This document shows positions 45,497 to 55,400 of a stretch of DNA of 63,319 bases, in pieces. Numbering within the stretch: position 1 is the stretch's first letter; each line of letters starts with the position of its first letter. The notes beneath the pieces were generated by a model, which was not told the DNA's origin, did not search any database, and worked only from the letters and a program-made list of their open reading frames with translations. The position numbers and the translations under genes were made by a program. Source of the stretch: Ignavibacteria bacterium (GTDB taxonomy: Bacteria; Bacteroidota; Ignavibacteria; Tepidaquicellales; OLB5); assembly GCA_025451455.1 (NCBI GenBank), contig JANWKI010000133.1, positions 1-63,319 of the forward strand, written 5' to 3'.

Positions 45497-47755
45497 CTAT
45501 TCCACCTGCAGCTCCTGCCTTATTCTGTACATCCTGTGAAGAGATACCAGCCAGCTGATCGTTGATTCAGCGCCCTGGTTCTGGTTTGTTATCGTAGAAG
45601 TCAAACCATCAAAACATCCTCCCGAAATGAAATCATATAGAGGTTCCTGCCTGTCATTGTTCCCGAGGAACCAGCTGAATGTGATACCTATCTTATTGAT
45701 CCATTCCTTATCTTCAGATATGAGATATGCCTGGTAGCATGCATCGATCAATGCCGGAATTTCTATCGGCTGCTGGTCGAATCTTGCTTTTTCAGTGCCT
45801 TTATTGTACCATCCGTCATTTCCGATAAGGGAAATTGAGTTTCTATCCCTGTCATAAAGTTCACCAAATAACCAAACTATTGATTCGAGCCCGGTTGTCA
45901 AATAATTGGTGTTCTTGAAGTAAATTCCTCCCATCATGAGCGCCTGGGAAAGCCGGGCATTATCATATGTAAGAAATTTCTCAAACCATTTCCAGTTTTC
46001 ATCCCGTTCAGAACAATATTTATCATATAACCGCTCGAGCAGTTTCCTGCAGATCCTCTTCACTTCTCTTGCCCCGGAAAATCTCTGAAGATAAAAAATA
46101 CATCCCATAATGAGATAGGAAATAGAACGCAATGAAGTGAATTTTTCCATGCTCTTGATCGTCTGGTCAAAAAGCATTTTGCTCAGGGCAAGGTGTGAAT
46201 GATTTACTGCGTTCTTGACATAATAGCCAAGTACAAAAAGTGTTCTTCCGTTTGAATCTTCAGATCCGGATTCTTCAAGCCAATTCCTCTGGTAGCTCAT
46301 AAAATTCATGAACAACCCGGTTTCTTTGTTATAAGCATGAAGAATGAATGTTAAGTACGTAGTCAACAGTGAATCTATTTGCGGGTCATGAAACAGGTAT
46401 TTATTCATTATACAAGCCAGTAACGCCCTGGAATTATCATCTATACAATAACCCTCGCTCCTGTTCGGGGTAGAAAAAACCGCGTGCTGGATTATTCCCG
46501 TTGAATCGGTCATTGTTTTCAGATGGGAAAGATTAACTTCCGGAAGTGAAGGTATATACTTATACTTCGGTGATGCAACGAGCTGTGAAGTTGTAAGTTT
46601 GAACTCATCGATTGATCTTTGGAATATTTCAGCGTAACTTTTTGCGGCCTCCGGCCAGACCATTTTCCTGCCGGCTTCATATGCATTGCGGCGAAGCCTG
46701 TTTCTTTTGTTCTCATCTCCAAGCAGATCAGAAATTGCACTCGAGATAGCATCCGGATCCTTGAAAGGAACAAGCAGACCGCGCTCTTCTTTGAGTATTT
46801 CCTCGGCATACCAGTACGGAGTTGAAATAATAGCTTTGCCTGAAGCAAGGGCATAGGTCAATGTACCTGAAACTATCTGTTCCCTGTTATGATAAGGTGA
46901 AACATAAATATCGCTCATAAGGATGAACTCAAGCAATTCTTCTGTATTTACAAACCTGTTTATGAAGATCACGTTATTTTCAAGCTGGTTCTTCTTTACG
47001 AGATTTTCAAGGCTGTTCCTGTATGATTCGCCGTATTGTTTTCTTACGTGCGGATGAGTTGCTCCCAAAACTATATAAACTACATCCGGATAGTCTTTTA
47101 CAACATTCACCAGTGAGTTAATTACATCTTCAATTCCTTTTCCTGCGCTCAGAAGCCCGAAGGTCAGCAATACTTTTTTCTCTGTCAGCTGAAATTTTTC
47201 TTTATAATATGTCGTGTCAAGGAACGGGACATCATGTGCGCCGTGCGGAATATGAAATATCTTGTTCTTTTTTATTTTATAAACATCTTCCAGTATCTTA
47301 AAGGACTTTTTTGACTGTACAATAAGATAAGATGAATACCTTGTAATTTCTTCAATTACCTTTTGCTGATCGTCATTCGGGTTTTCAAGGACTGTATGGA
47401 ATGTAGTAACAACAGGTTTTTTCAGATTTTCAAGCAGGTAGAGAATATGCGAACCTGCTTCTCCGCCATAGAGCCCGAATTCATGCTGAAGATTGATAAT
47501 GTCCTTATCTGAGAGGTTAAGGTAATATGCCGCCTCTTTAAAATCATTAATGCTTTTGTCTTTGATCTCGAACTTTACTTCCTTCGGGTATTTGTATCCT
47601 TCGGATATATCGTTCAGGGCTGTAACACTTGATGCTAGTTCGTTTCCATTACTAAGATTATTAAAAGCATTCGATAAGTCATTTGTAAATGTTGCAATGC
47701 CGCACTGCCTGGGGACATATGAGGATATAAATGATACTCCTAAATTTTTATTCAT
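45497..47755 (-). CDS. GT4-family glycosyltransferase fused to a ~360-aa C-terminal alpha-helical (six-hairpin-like) domain
   Basis: The N-terminal ~390 aa resembles GT4 (HTVLENP..., YVSPYHNREQIVSGTLTYALASGKAIISTPYWYAEE). The C-terminal half has no motif I can name. Lies 3 nt downstream of a GH130 gene. Confidence 0.7.
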   Translation of the reverse strand: MNKNLGVSFISSYVPRQCGIATFTNDLSNAFNNLSNGNELASSVTALNDISEGYKYPKEVKFEIKDKSINDFKEAAYYLNLSDKDIINLQHEFGLYGGEAGSHILYLLENLKKPVVTTFHTVLENPNDDQQKVIEEITRYSSYLIVQSKKSFKILEDVYKIKKNKIFHIPHGAHDVPFLDTTYYKEKFQLTEKKVLLTFGLLSAGKGIEDVINSLVNVVKDYPDVVYIVLGATHPHVRKQYGESYRNSLENLVKKNQLENNVIFINRFVNTEELLEFILMSDIYVSPYHNREQIVSGTLTYALASGKAIISTPYWYAEEILKEERGLLVPFKDPDAISSAISDLLGDENKRNRLRRNAYEAGRKMVWPEAAKSYAEIFQRSIDEFKLTTSQLVASPKYKYIPSLPEVNLSHLKTMTDSTGIIQHAVFSTPNRSEGYCIDDNSRALLACIMNKYLFHDPQIDSLLTTYLTFILHAYNKETGLFMNFMSYQRNWLEESGSEDSNGRTLFVLGYYVKNAVNHSHLALSKMLFDQTIKSMEKFTSLRSISYLIMGCIFYLQRFSGAREVKRICRKLLERLYDKYCSERDENWKWFEKFLTYDNARLSQALMMGGIYFKNTNYLTTGLESIVWLFGELYDRDRNSISLIGNDGWYNKGTEKARFDQQPIEIPALIDACYQAYLISEDKEWINKIGITFSWFLGNNDRQEPLYDFISGGCFDGLTSTITNQNQGAESTISWLVSLHRMYRIRQELQVE

Positions 47756-47757
47756 CT

Positions 47758-48711
47758 CTATTTTGATTTCATGACATAAGCTAATACTTCTTTCATCGAA
47801 GCCGTAGCAATTGCTATCGATGTATCGGCTGCTCCATAGTACATTATCAGCTCATCACCTTTAATTACAACTCCGCACGGGAAAGTCACATCCGGTACAT
47901 CCCCGACCCTTTCATAATATTCATTCGGTCCAAATACCCAGTCTTCACATCTCCTGATAACTTTACACGGATCATCAAGATCAAGCATTGCAAGCCCCAG
48001 CCTGTATAAAGAACCTGCTGCGGTGGTTTTTACGCCATGATAAATTATTAGCCAGCCCTCAGGGGTTTCGATCGGCGGCGGGCCAAGGCCGACTTTGTAA
48101 GCATCCCACCAGCTGCCTTTTCTTGCAGGGAGAAGGATAGCATGATCGCCCCAGTGTTTCAGGTCAGGCGAAAATGAGATCCAAATATTTGCGCCCAAAA
48201 GATAACTTGTTGGTGACGGCCGGTGTAAAAGTGCCCACCTGCCCTTAAACATTCGGGGAAAAAGAGATGCGTCTTTATCGTCAGGAGGCATAATAGCTCC
48301 ATATCTCCTGTATGTTTCGAAATCCTCAGTTGTAGCAAGCGAAACCAGTGGACCGCTTTCAGAATAAGATGTATATACTATTACGTATCGTTTGTCATTT
48401 TCAAGCTTTACTATGCGAGGATCTTCAATGCCGTATTTTTCTTCCGGGTAATCTCCAACTTTTGGCGATAACGATGGTCCGGTATCAATCTTCCAGTTGG
48501 TAAAACCATCCTTGCTTTCGGCTTTGCATAAATGTGAAAAACCCTTCATGTCTTCGACCCTTACAAGAAGCAGGATCTTTTTGCCAAACTGAATAGCCCC
48601 GGCATTAAAAACCGAATTGACCCTGTAAGGCCACATTCCCGGAGTAAGAACCGGGTTATTTTTATATCTCTTAAAAAGTATGCTTTCCTGATGGGTTTGG
48701 GGGTTACTCAT
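47758..48711 (-). CDS. GH130-family glycoside phosphorylase/hydrolase (formerly DUF377, PH1107-related glycosidase)
   Basis: NPVLTP...VFNAGAIQFGKKILLLVRVED, GIEDPRIV, IIYHGV and MYYGAADTSIAIA are typical of GH130. Confidence 0.75.
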   Translation of the reverse strand: MSNPQTHQESILFKRYKNNPVLTPGMWPYRVNSVFNAGAIQFGKKILLLVRVEDMKGFSHLCKAESKDGFTNWKIDTGPSLSPKVGDYPEEKYGIEDPRIVKLENDKRYVIVYTSYSESGPLVSLATTEDFETYRRYGAIMPPDDKDASLFPRMFKGRWALLHRPSPTSYLLGANIWISFSPDLKHWGDHAILLPARKGSWWDAYKVGLGPPPIETPEGWLIIYHGVKTTAAGSLYRLGLAMLDLDDPCKVIRRCEDWVFGPNEYYERVGDVPDVTFPCGVVIKGDELIMYYGAADTSIAIATASMKEVLAYVMKSK

Positions 48712-48818
48712 TTGAGGTAAATTAATTTATTGGACGATTACATATATAGCTGTAATATCAAGATACGGGTTAATGCTGCAACTAGAAACTTACTTCCTTA
48801 TGCACTATATAGAGCCTG

Positions 48819-48935
48819 TTAATGTTTGCCGTATCCTTTCTTTCCGTACCTTCTGGCAGTTCTGTAGATCCAGTAGGCATAAAATCCCCATACAGTTAAT
48901 GTAATGATCATACCTATGAATATTCCTTCAAGCAT
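48819..48935 (-). CDS. candidate 38-aa single-TM protein (absent from the ORF track)
   Basis: MLEGIFIGMIITLTVWGFYAYWIYRTARRYGKKGYGKH, preceded by AAAGGGAGGG. Lies between the methyltransferase and GH130 genes on the same strand. Confidence 0.4.
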   Translation of the reverse strand: MLEGIFIGMIITLTVWGFYAYWIYRTARRYGKKGYGKH

Positions 48936-48947
48936 GAGCCCTCCCTT

Positions 48948-49733
48948 TCACAATTTTGGATTTTCAGACTGGTAAATTTCCTTTTCAGATCTCTGCGCGG
49001 TCATTCTGAATATATTGATCAAGTTCCCGCCGTTGTTTTCAAGCGCTTCGGCTATTGCATCGCTCTTTTTTGAAAGTTTGATGTCACAAATATATTCGCT
49101 TTTGATAAAATCGTTTTGGGGAACCAGTTCAGACGCAATTATCTTTAAATGCCCTGTTTTGTTCCAAAGTTTTACCCACCAATCAAGCGAATGAACAAAA
49201 TACCATTTATCCTGGTAATGCGGACGCATGAAATCGGGCACCTCTGCAAGATAGTTTATTTCTTTTGCAAAGCATATATCAACCATACCAATTGTCCCCC
49301 CGGGTTTCAGGAACCGGGAAATGTAGGGAGTGAACCTTTCGTCAGTTCCGAAATACATATACGAATCGACGATTATAATTGCGTCAAAAAAATCTTTTGC
49401 AAAAGGCATTTCCTTTGCATTTACCTTCAGCGGGAACACTATTTTATCCAGTCCCAATTCACGGATTCTTTCGTAATTTTCTCCCGGGGGGATATTCTGG
49501 TCAACTGCCCATACCTCAGCGCCAAATTCCCTGGCGAGAAATATCGCACTTACTGCTTTTCCGCAGCCGAGATCCAGTACCCGCATCCCTTGCTTAAAAT
49601 CCATAACCTCACACAGGCTTTCCAGGTTGTAAAGCACATTTTCACCAAGAGAATTCTTTCTTATCCATTTTGGATCATACTTTGCGCTGAGTGGAAAAAA
49701 TACTTTGTGAAAGTGCTCATTGCGTTCCTTCAT
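48948..49733 (-). CDS. class I SAM-dependent methyltransferase
   Basis: Motif I: VLDLGCGKAVSAIFLAREFGAEVWAVD. Post-I and motif II are also present (IIVDSYMYF, LKPGGTIGM). Confidence 0.8.
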   Translation of the reverse strand: MKERNEHFHKVFFPLSAKYDPKWIRKNSLGENVLYNLESLCEVMDFKQGMRVLDLGCGKAVSAIFLAREFGAEVWAVDQNIPPGENYERIRELGLDKIVFPLKVNAKEMPFAKDFFDAIIIVDSYMYFGTDERFTPYISRFLKPGGTIGMVDICFAKEINYLAEVPDFMRPHYQDKWYFVHSLDWWVKLWNKTGHLKIIASELVPQNDFIKSEYICDIKLSKKSDAIAEALENNGGNLINIFRMTAQRSEKEIYQSENPKL

Positions 49734-50086
49734 ATTCTGCCAACGTTATTATTTATTACACCGGATTCAGAATCCTTATGTTCTTCTCTTACCGGGATTG
49801 ACCTGATAAGTTTTGCCAGGTTTATATCAGCGTATGCGCCGTAAGAATCTACCAGGATACCCCTTTCCCCGCTTTTTGCCGTAAGAACGTATACTCCGGC
49901 GTTATCATCCGGGTTAGAATCTCCTTCATACCTGTATGATTTTTCAATTATAAGCTCTTCAGGAGAATATTCCCTTTGAGTTTCACCTGAAATGATCTTC
50001 CCGTTCTTTATCTCGAAATTAGCCTTGTAGCCGTCATCATTTAATCTCCGTATTATTTCAAGTATTGTCTTCATTAATTTGAACAT
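49730..50086 (-). CDS. hypothetical protein
   Basis: 118-aa ORF whose stop overlaps the methyltransferase start by 4 nt. No motif recognised. Confidence 0.5.
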   Translation of the reverse strand: MFKLMKTILEIIRRLNDDGYKANFEIKNGKIISGETQREYSPEELIIEKSYRYEGDSNPDDNAGVYVLTAKSGERGILVDSYGAYADINLAKLIRSIPVREEHKDSESGVINNNVGRI

Positions 50087-50225
50087 TTTACATGAAATAG
50101 TTATTTAAGAGGCAATAAAAATGATGGCAGCGAAAATATATACGATTGTCAGAAAGTAAACGATAATTGATTTCATTGCCGGATTCTCCTTCTGCTTATT
50201 TGTTTTAAGTTAGAAAATAAACTGC

Positions 50226-50462
50226 TTATTCAGTTTCACCTTCTTCTTTCCTGGTTTTATTCACAGTAGCCATTGCAATTCTTTTGGCAGCCTTAATGGT
50301 GCGTCCCTGTTCTTTTTCACTTTCAAGAATGTGCCTGTATTGCCTTCTTCTTTTTGCAGGCAGGTTTGCCATTCTTTTTTCGGCGCCTTTCTTTTGGCCT
50401 TTTCTGCGGGTTTTAGTCTTGCTTCCGGGTTTCTTTTTGTGTGAATTTTTCTTCGCAGGCAT
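50226..50462 (-). CDS. small highly basic protein (78 aa)
   Basis: MPAKKNSHKKKPGSKTKTRRKGQKKGAEKRMANLPAKRRRQYRHILESEKEQGRTIKAAKRIAMATVNKTRKEEGETE. The upstream part of the 149-aa ORF-track version overlaps the next gene and looks non-coding. Confidence 0.45.
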   Translation of the reverse strand: MPAKKNSHKKKPGSKTKTRRKGQKKGAEKRMANLPAKRRRQYRHILESEKEQGRTIKAAKRIAMATVNKTRKEEGETE

Positions 50463-50526
50463 TATATACCCTTTTGAAAATGTTATTAAAAAAATTCCGA
50501 ACGTATATCTTCCATTATTCCATTTT

Positions 50527-50913
50527 TTACCACTTTTCTTCCTCTTCATCGCGCTCTTTATACAAAACTTCTGCTTCATCGTCCGGATCCCTTTCATAGG
50601 TCTCAGTTCTTGGCCTCTCAATAATGGAATCCCTGCGGGTATCACCCAGTGCACCTTTTTTCTTATCCTTACCACTTACACCGGGTTCTTTGTTAAGATC
50701 AATATGCCGGGTACCTTCTTTTGCTCCACCTTTTTCATCAACTGAAATTCCTTCGCTTGCGTTTTGATTGAAAGATTCGTTTATTTTATTCTCCTGCCAT
50801 TTTGCAGTTGATTCTGCAGCAGTAATAATATCGTTCTTTCTTTCCGGAACCGGTAACTCAACTTCATGATCCTTCTGAGCTTCACTTACCAGGTTTATAT
50901 TTTTTATGTTCAT
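50527..50913 (-). CDS. hydrophilic, charged, probably disordered protein (128 aa)
   Basis: ATG at 50913 with GGAAGGGA 7-8 nt upstream. The sequence is rich in E/K/D/G and has no hydrophobic core. First gene after sigma-54-type promoter b. Confidence 0.5.
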   Translation of the reverse strand: MNIKNINLVSEAQKDHEVELPVPERKNDIITAAESTAKWQENKINESFNQNASEGISVDEKGGAKEGTRHIDLNKEPGVSGKDKKKGALGDTRRDSIIERPRTETYERDPDDEAEVLYKERDEEEEKW

Positions 50914-50961
50914 TTCATATCCCTTCCGTAATTGATTTTTCACAACAATACTTAATAATAA

Positions 50962-50976
50962 ACAAAAAGTGTGCCA
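50962..50976 (-). promoter_or_regulatory. sigma-54-type promoter b (minus strand): TGGCAC-ACTTT-TTGT
   Basis: Reverse complement of 50962-50976. Lies ~50 nt upstream of the ATG at 50913. Confidence 0.5.
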
Positions 50977-51037
50977 AAAATAAACAAGGAGATTACGTGG
51001 ATTTTCAATAATATCCGGGCATTTTCCCTCCTCATAT

Positions 51038-51051
51038 TGTCAAAAATGTCA
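51038..51051. promoter_or_regulatory. putative enhancer (UAS) site b: TGTCA-AAAA-TGTCA
   Basis: One mismatch from TGACA-N4-TGTCA. Its centre is 69.5 nt upstream of the GG of promoter b. Confidence 0.45.
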
Positions 51052-51052
51052 T

Positions 51053-51077
51053 AAAAAAAGCGGGTATTTAAACCCGC
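51053..51077 (-). terminator. rho-independent terminator of the kinase/regulator operon: GCGGGT-TTAAAT-ACCCGC plus T7 (minus strand)
   Basis: Hairpin at 51060-51077 followed on the minus strand by seven T (51053-51059), 33 nt after the regulator stop. Confidence 0.6.
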
Positions 51078-51109
51078 CCGGAGGAGAAAAATGGAAAAAA
51101 AACTATTTC

Positions 51110-52465
51110 TTAGTTAATTCCAAGTGATTTTAGTTTTCTATAAAACGTCCTTTGATTCATCTTAAGTTTTTCAGCAGCCTTTGTTTTGTTTCCACCGGAC
51201 TCTTCAAGGGCTTTCATGATTATATTCTTCTCTGCCTGTTTTGAGGAATCTTCAAAAGTTATCTCATTATTTCCTGCCTGATTATTCACCTTAATTTCAT
51301 CTGCAATTCCCTCAGGCATATGAATCGATTCGACAGTATCTCCCTCTGTCAATAATACGGCCCTTCTGATAACGTTTCTCAATTCTCTTATATTGCCGGG
51401 CCATGAATGACCTTTAATGACCTTCAGAATTTCCGGCGAGACATTTTGTACTGATCTGCCCAATTCCCTGTTCGCATCATTTATAAAATGCCTTACAAAT
51501 ACCGGGATATCTTCTTTCCTGTCCCTCAGTGCAGGGAGATCTATGTGAAATTCATTCAGCCTGTAATAAAGGTCTGCCCGGAACTTCTGAATATTCACTG
51601 CATCTGTCAGCCTGATATTACTGGCGGCAATTATTCTTACATCCAGGTTTATTATTTTTTTCCCGCCCAGCCGTGTTATCTTACGTTCCTGAAGAACTCT
51701 CAGCAGTTTGATCTGATTTGGATCTGAAAGGTTAGTGATCTCATCAAGAAACAAAGTTCCCCCTTCTGCCTGTTCAAGTTTCCCGATCTTCTGGTCTTTG
51801 GCATCTGTAAATGCACCTTTTTCATGACCGAAAAGTTCACTTTCTATCAATGATTCAGGGATTGCCCCGCAATCAACAGCAATGAATGGTTTCTGATTCC
51901 GATCGCTCAGTTTGTGGATCATATTGGCTATGACCTCTTTTCCGGTGCCGCTTTCACCCTGTATCAATACTGTTAAAACAGTGGGAGCAACTATGTTAAC
52001 CTGCTTAAGTACTTCCTTTATCTTTCCGCTTTCACCGGTTATTATATCGCCCAGATAGGATTCGTCGATCTTCTTTCTCAGCAGGTTTACTTCCTGGCTC
52101 AGGTACTTCATTTCCAATGTCTTTTTTATCGTAAAGATCATCTCTTCATTATTGAATGGTTTTGTAAGGTAGTCCTGAGCTCCCTGCTTAATTGCCTCAA
52201 CTGCATTTTTAATATCGCCAAAAGCGGTAAGCATCAGTACCGGAAGCTCTGGCTTTAAATTTTTGATTTCGCTTAGTATTATCAGACCATCTTTCCCGGG
52301 AAGTTTCATATCGCAAATTACCATGTCATACTTCCCGTTTTTGATCTCTTCTATTCCTTTGCTCCCGTCTTCAACTGCAAAAGATTCAAAACCTGATGCT
52401 TCAAGAACATTTGTTAAAGTATAACGAAGTGATTCATTGTCATCAATAATAAGTATTTTTTCCAT
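51110..52465 (-). CDS. sigma-54-dependent response regulator (NtrC family bEBP): REC, AAA+ and Fis-type HTH
   Basis: REC domain (ILIIDDNESL...DMVICDMKLPGKDG...LTKPF). AAA+ core with Walker A GESGTGKE and a GAFTDA loop (variant of GAFTGA). C-terminal HTH: NKTKAAEKLKMNQRTFYRKLKSLGI. Confidence 0.9.
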   Translation of the reverse strand: MEKILIIDDNESLRYTLTNVLEASGFESFAVEDGSKGIEEIKNGKYDMVICDMKLPGKDGLIILSEIKNLKPELPVLMLTAFGDIKNAVEAIKQGAQDYLTKPFNNEEMIFTIKKTLEMKYLSQEVNLLRKKIDESYLGDIITGESGKIKEVLKQVNIVAPTVLTVLIQGESGTGKEVIANMIHKLSDRNQKPFIAVDCGAIPESLIESELFGHEKGAFTDAKDQKIGKLEQAEGGTLFLDEITNLSDPNQIKLLRVLQERKITRLGGKKIINLDVRIIAASNIRLTDAVNIQKFRADLYYRLNEFHIDLPALRDRKEDIPVFVRHFINDANRELGRSVQNVSPEILKVIKGHSWPGNIRELRNVIRRAVLLTEGDTVESIHMPEGIADEIKVNNQAGNNEITFEDSSKQAEKNIIMKALEESGGNKTKAAEKLKMNQRTFYRKLKSLGIN

Positions 52466-52475
52466 TTTAGAGTTA

Positions 52476-55400
52476 TTATGATATTGGAAGCTTTATTTCA
52501 ACAGTTGTACCTTTGCCTAAAGTGCTTTGTATGTTCAGAGTACCTTTATGGGATTTAATAGTCTGGTAAGCCAACCCGAGCCCAAGACCTGTGCCTTCTT
52601 CTTTTGTTGTATAGAACGGCTCAAGTATTTTATCAATGTTTTCGGGAGAGATCCCGATGCCGGAATCAATTACTTTAATGGAAATGCCATTCACTCTGCT
52701 GTCCTCTTCAGCAGTTATGGTTAATTTCCCCCCGGAGGGCATTGCATCAATTGCATTAGAAATGAAATTAAGCATTGCGTTTTCGAACTTAACTTTATCG
52801 ATTTTTATTAGTCTGAGTTCTTTTGGCAAATCAGTTTCTATTTCCACTCCGGACTCCTTACAGCGCGGTCGGGCACTTTCTGCAAGGTTATCAATTATTA
52901 CAGAGATATTTTCTTCTTTGAAAACAAGGTCTTCCGGTGAGGCAAAATTAAGCAGGTCTTTGATAATTTTATTTGCGATATCTGTGTTAACAAGTATATA
53001 GCTCAAATGCTTTCTTGATTTTTCATCAAGTTTTGTTTTATTCAACAGCTGGGCAAGTGCGCTGATGTTGGCCAGCGGGTTCCTGATCTCATGAGCAATT
53101 CCGGAAGAGAACCTGCCAAGAGCGGCAAGCTTTTCATTATGCACAAGTTCTTTCTGGGCCTCTATCAGTTTTTCATTCGTCTCTCTTAATTCCTCCTCTA
53201 CAAGTTTTATTTCAGTAATATCCTGTACACTGCCATACATTCTTACCGGTTTTGAATCGGTACCATACTCGACGAGAATACCTACATTCAAGAACTTTAA
53301 TCTACCGCTTTTTGTGATTATTCTGTATTCCAGATCCAGGTTTCCTGGTTTTTTCAGTAACTGAGATGTAATTGTTGTGATCTGTTCAAGGTCTGCGGGG
53401 TGAACCATATCAAGCACAGCATTATAATCAGGTTCGATCTCACCTGGAGAAAAACCATATATCCTGTACATTTCATCTGACCATACTTGCCGGCCTGTCA
53501 TAAGATCAAATTCCCAGCTTCCGAGTTTAGCGATCTGCTGGGCTTCAATCAGACTTTTTTCACTCTTCCTGATCTTTTCTTCAGCTTCTTTGAGTTCAGT
53601 TACGTCTATTACAGTCCCAACCATCCTAACTGATTCACCTCTATCATTCATCTCAATTTCACCAAGTGAATTCAGTATCTTGAACTTGCCTCTTGGTGTT
53701 TTGATCTTAAGGTAATAATTGAATGGCTTCTTTTCTTCCAGGGATTTCCTCATGGCTTCAGCCCGCTCTGATTTTGCATCTTCATCAAGAAGTTCAAGGT
53801 ATTTCTCGTTTGTAATAACGGTACCTGCCGGGACCTCAAAAATAGAATACATTTCGTCAGACCAGCGTACAATATTACTGTTAATTATCCATTCCCAGCT
53901 TCCAAGTCGTGCAATCTTTTGCGCTTCAATCAGTGATCTTTGTTTATCAATAAGCTCTTTCTCTATTTCTTTTCTTACCGTTATATCCTTTATCATACCC
54001 GTAAAGTAATGTTCATTATTGATCTCCCATTCAGCAATTGAAATCTCTATCGGGAATTCCTCGCCGTTTTTCCTTTTCCCTGAAAACTCAAGGGTTTGAC
54101 CTGTTAATTTAGAGTGGCCAGTATTCACGGTACTTTCAAATGCCTGCCTGTGTTTTTCTATATACCTTTCCGGCATTAATATCTCAAGTTTTCTGTTTAT
54201 GATCTCAAGAGAAGAATAGCCGAATAATTTTTCAACGGTATTATTTATATAAATGATCTCCCCTTTCCTGTTAACGGTTATTATTGCATCATTTGCAGTA
54301 TCTGCTACAGCCTTAAAATGTTTTTCGTTCGTTCTTATCTGTTCAAGAATTGCTATCCTTTCTGCCAGGCTCCCAAGTTCTATACCGATATTAGATATAC
54401 ATTCCAGCATTTCATTATCAACAGGATGATGGGCTGAAATAAAAAATTCCAATATCCCTATCACTTCGGTCTGCTTCATTATCGGGACACAAATCGCAGT
54501 TTGCAGCCCCATCTTTTGCGCAGTACCTTTCCTGGTGAAGGTGTTCACATCAGTTTTATTAATATCAATCCAAATTGACTTGGCTTCAGCATAAGCAGTG
54601 CCTATTAAGCCAACTCCTTTCGCTATTGCTGCTTCGGATGATTCCTCCACAAAAAGCTCATACTTCTTATCTATATCGTAATTCCAAATTCCGGCAGACC
54701 AGAGAATTTTTCCCTCTTTGACAAGATAGCAGTGCCCGATTTCAAATGAAGTATACTGGCAGACCTTGTTTATCGCGTAAGAAATAGAAATTTCAAGTTC
54801 AAATGATTTATTGGCTACTGTAATAACATCATTGAGAAGTTTTAGCAGACCGTTTCTTTTCTTTATGAGTTCTTCCTGGATCCTGGAAAGTGTAATGTCC
54901 TGGCAAATACCTACAATTGCCTCAATCTTTCCTTCATCATTTCTTATCACACTGGTAGATAGATATATATAAAACGGCTCATTATCTTTGCTTACAGTTT
55001 TAAGTTCACCCTTCCATCCGCTTCTGATTGTACGTGTTGCTATCTCCTCTCTCAACGGTATCGAAAGCTCTTCCGAAAAGAGAACAGGGTTCTTTTTGCT
55101 TTTTAGCTCTTCTTCATAATAACCGAAAAGTGATTCAAAGGCAGAGTTAACAAACAGAACATTGTTATCAAGATCGGTAATATAAACACATTCTTTTATG
55201 CTCTTAATGGCATGGCCAAAGAGTTTAAGCTTATTCTGTATTTTCTCCTTGTATTCAATTTCTGAAAGGAGCTTATTAAGAGTATTTGCAAGCTCAACAG
55301 TCCTTTCTCTTACCCTGTCTTCAAGTTCACTGTATGATTGTCTCAGCTTGTCCTCGGCTTTTTTTCTTTCTAGGAAATTCCCAATTTGCCTGCCGACTGC

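Noticed and set aside
49149-49844. 231-aa plus-strand ORF, and similar antisense ORFs (3528..4007, 6856..7536, 16181..16552, 55198..55773, 52636..53001 and others)
   Set aside because: They are antisense to genes with clear family signatures (methyltransferase, KdsD, SPOR protein, PP2C, kinase). They have low-complexity or implausible composition and lack ribosome-binding sites.
50284-50745. 153-aa plus-strand ORF and the long 149-aa version of 50226..50675
   Set aside because: The plus-strand ORF is a Phe/Leu-rich mirror image of the Lys/Glu-rich minus-strand genes. The long minus-strand version overlaps the upstream gene, whereas the ATG at 50462 gives a coherent basic protein.
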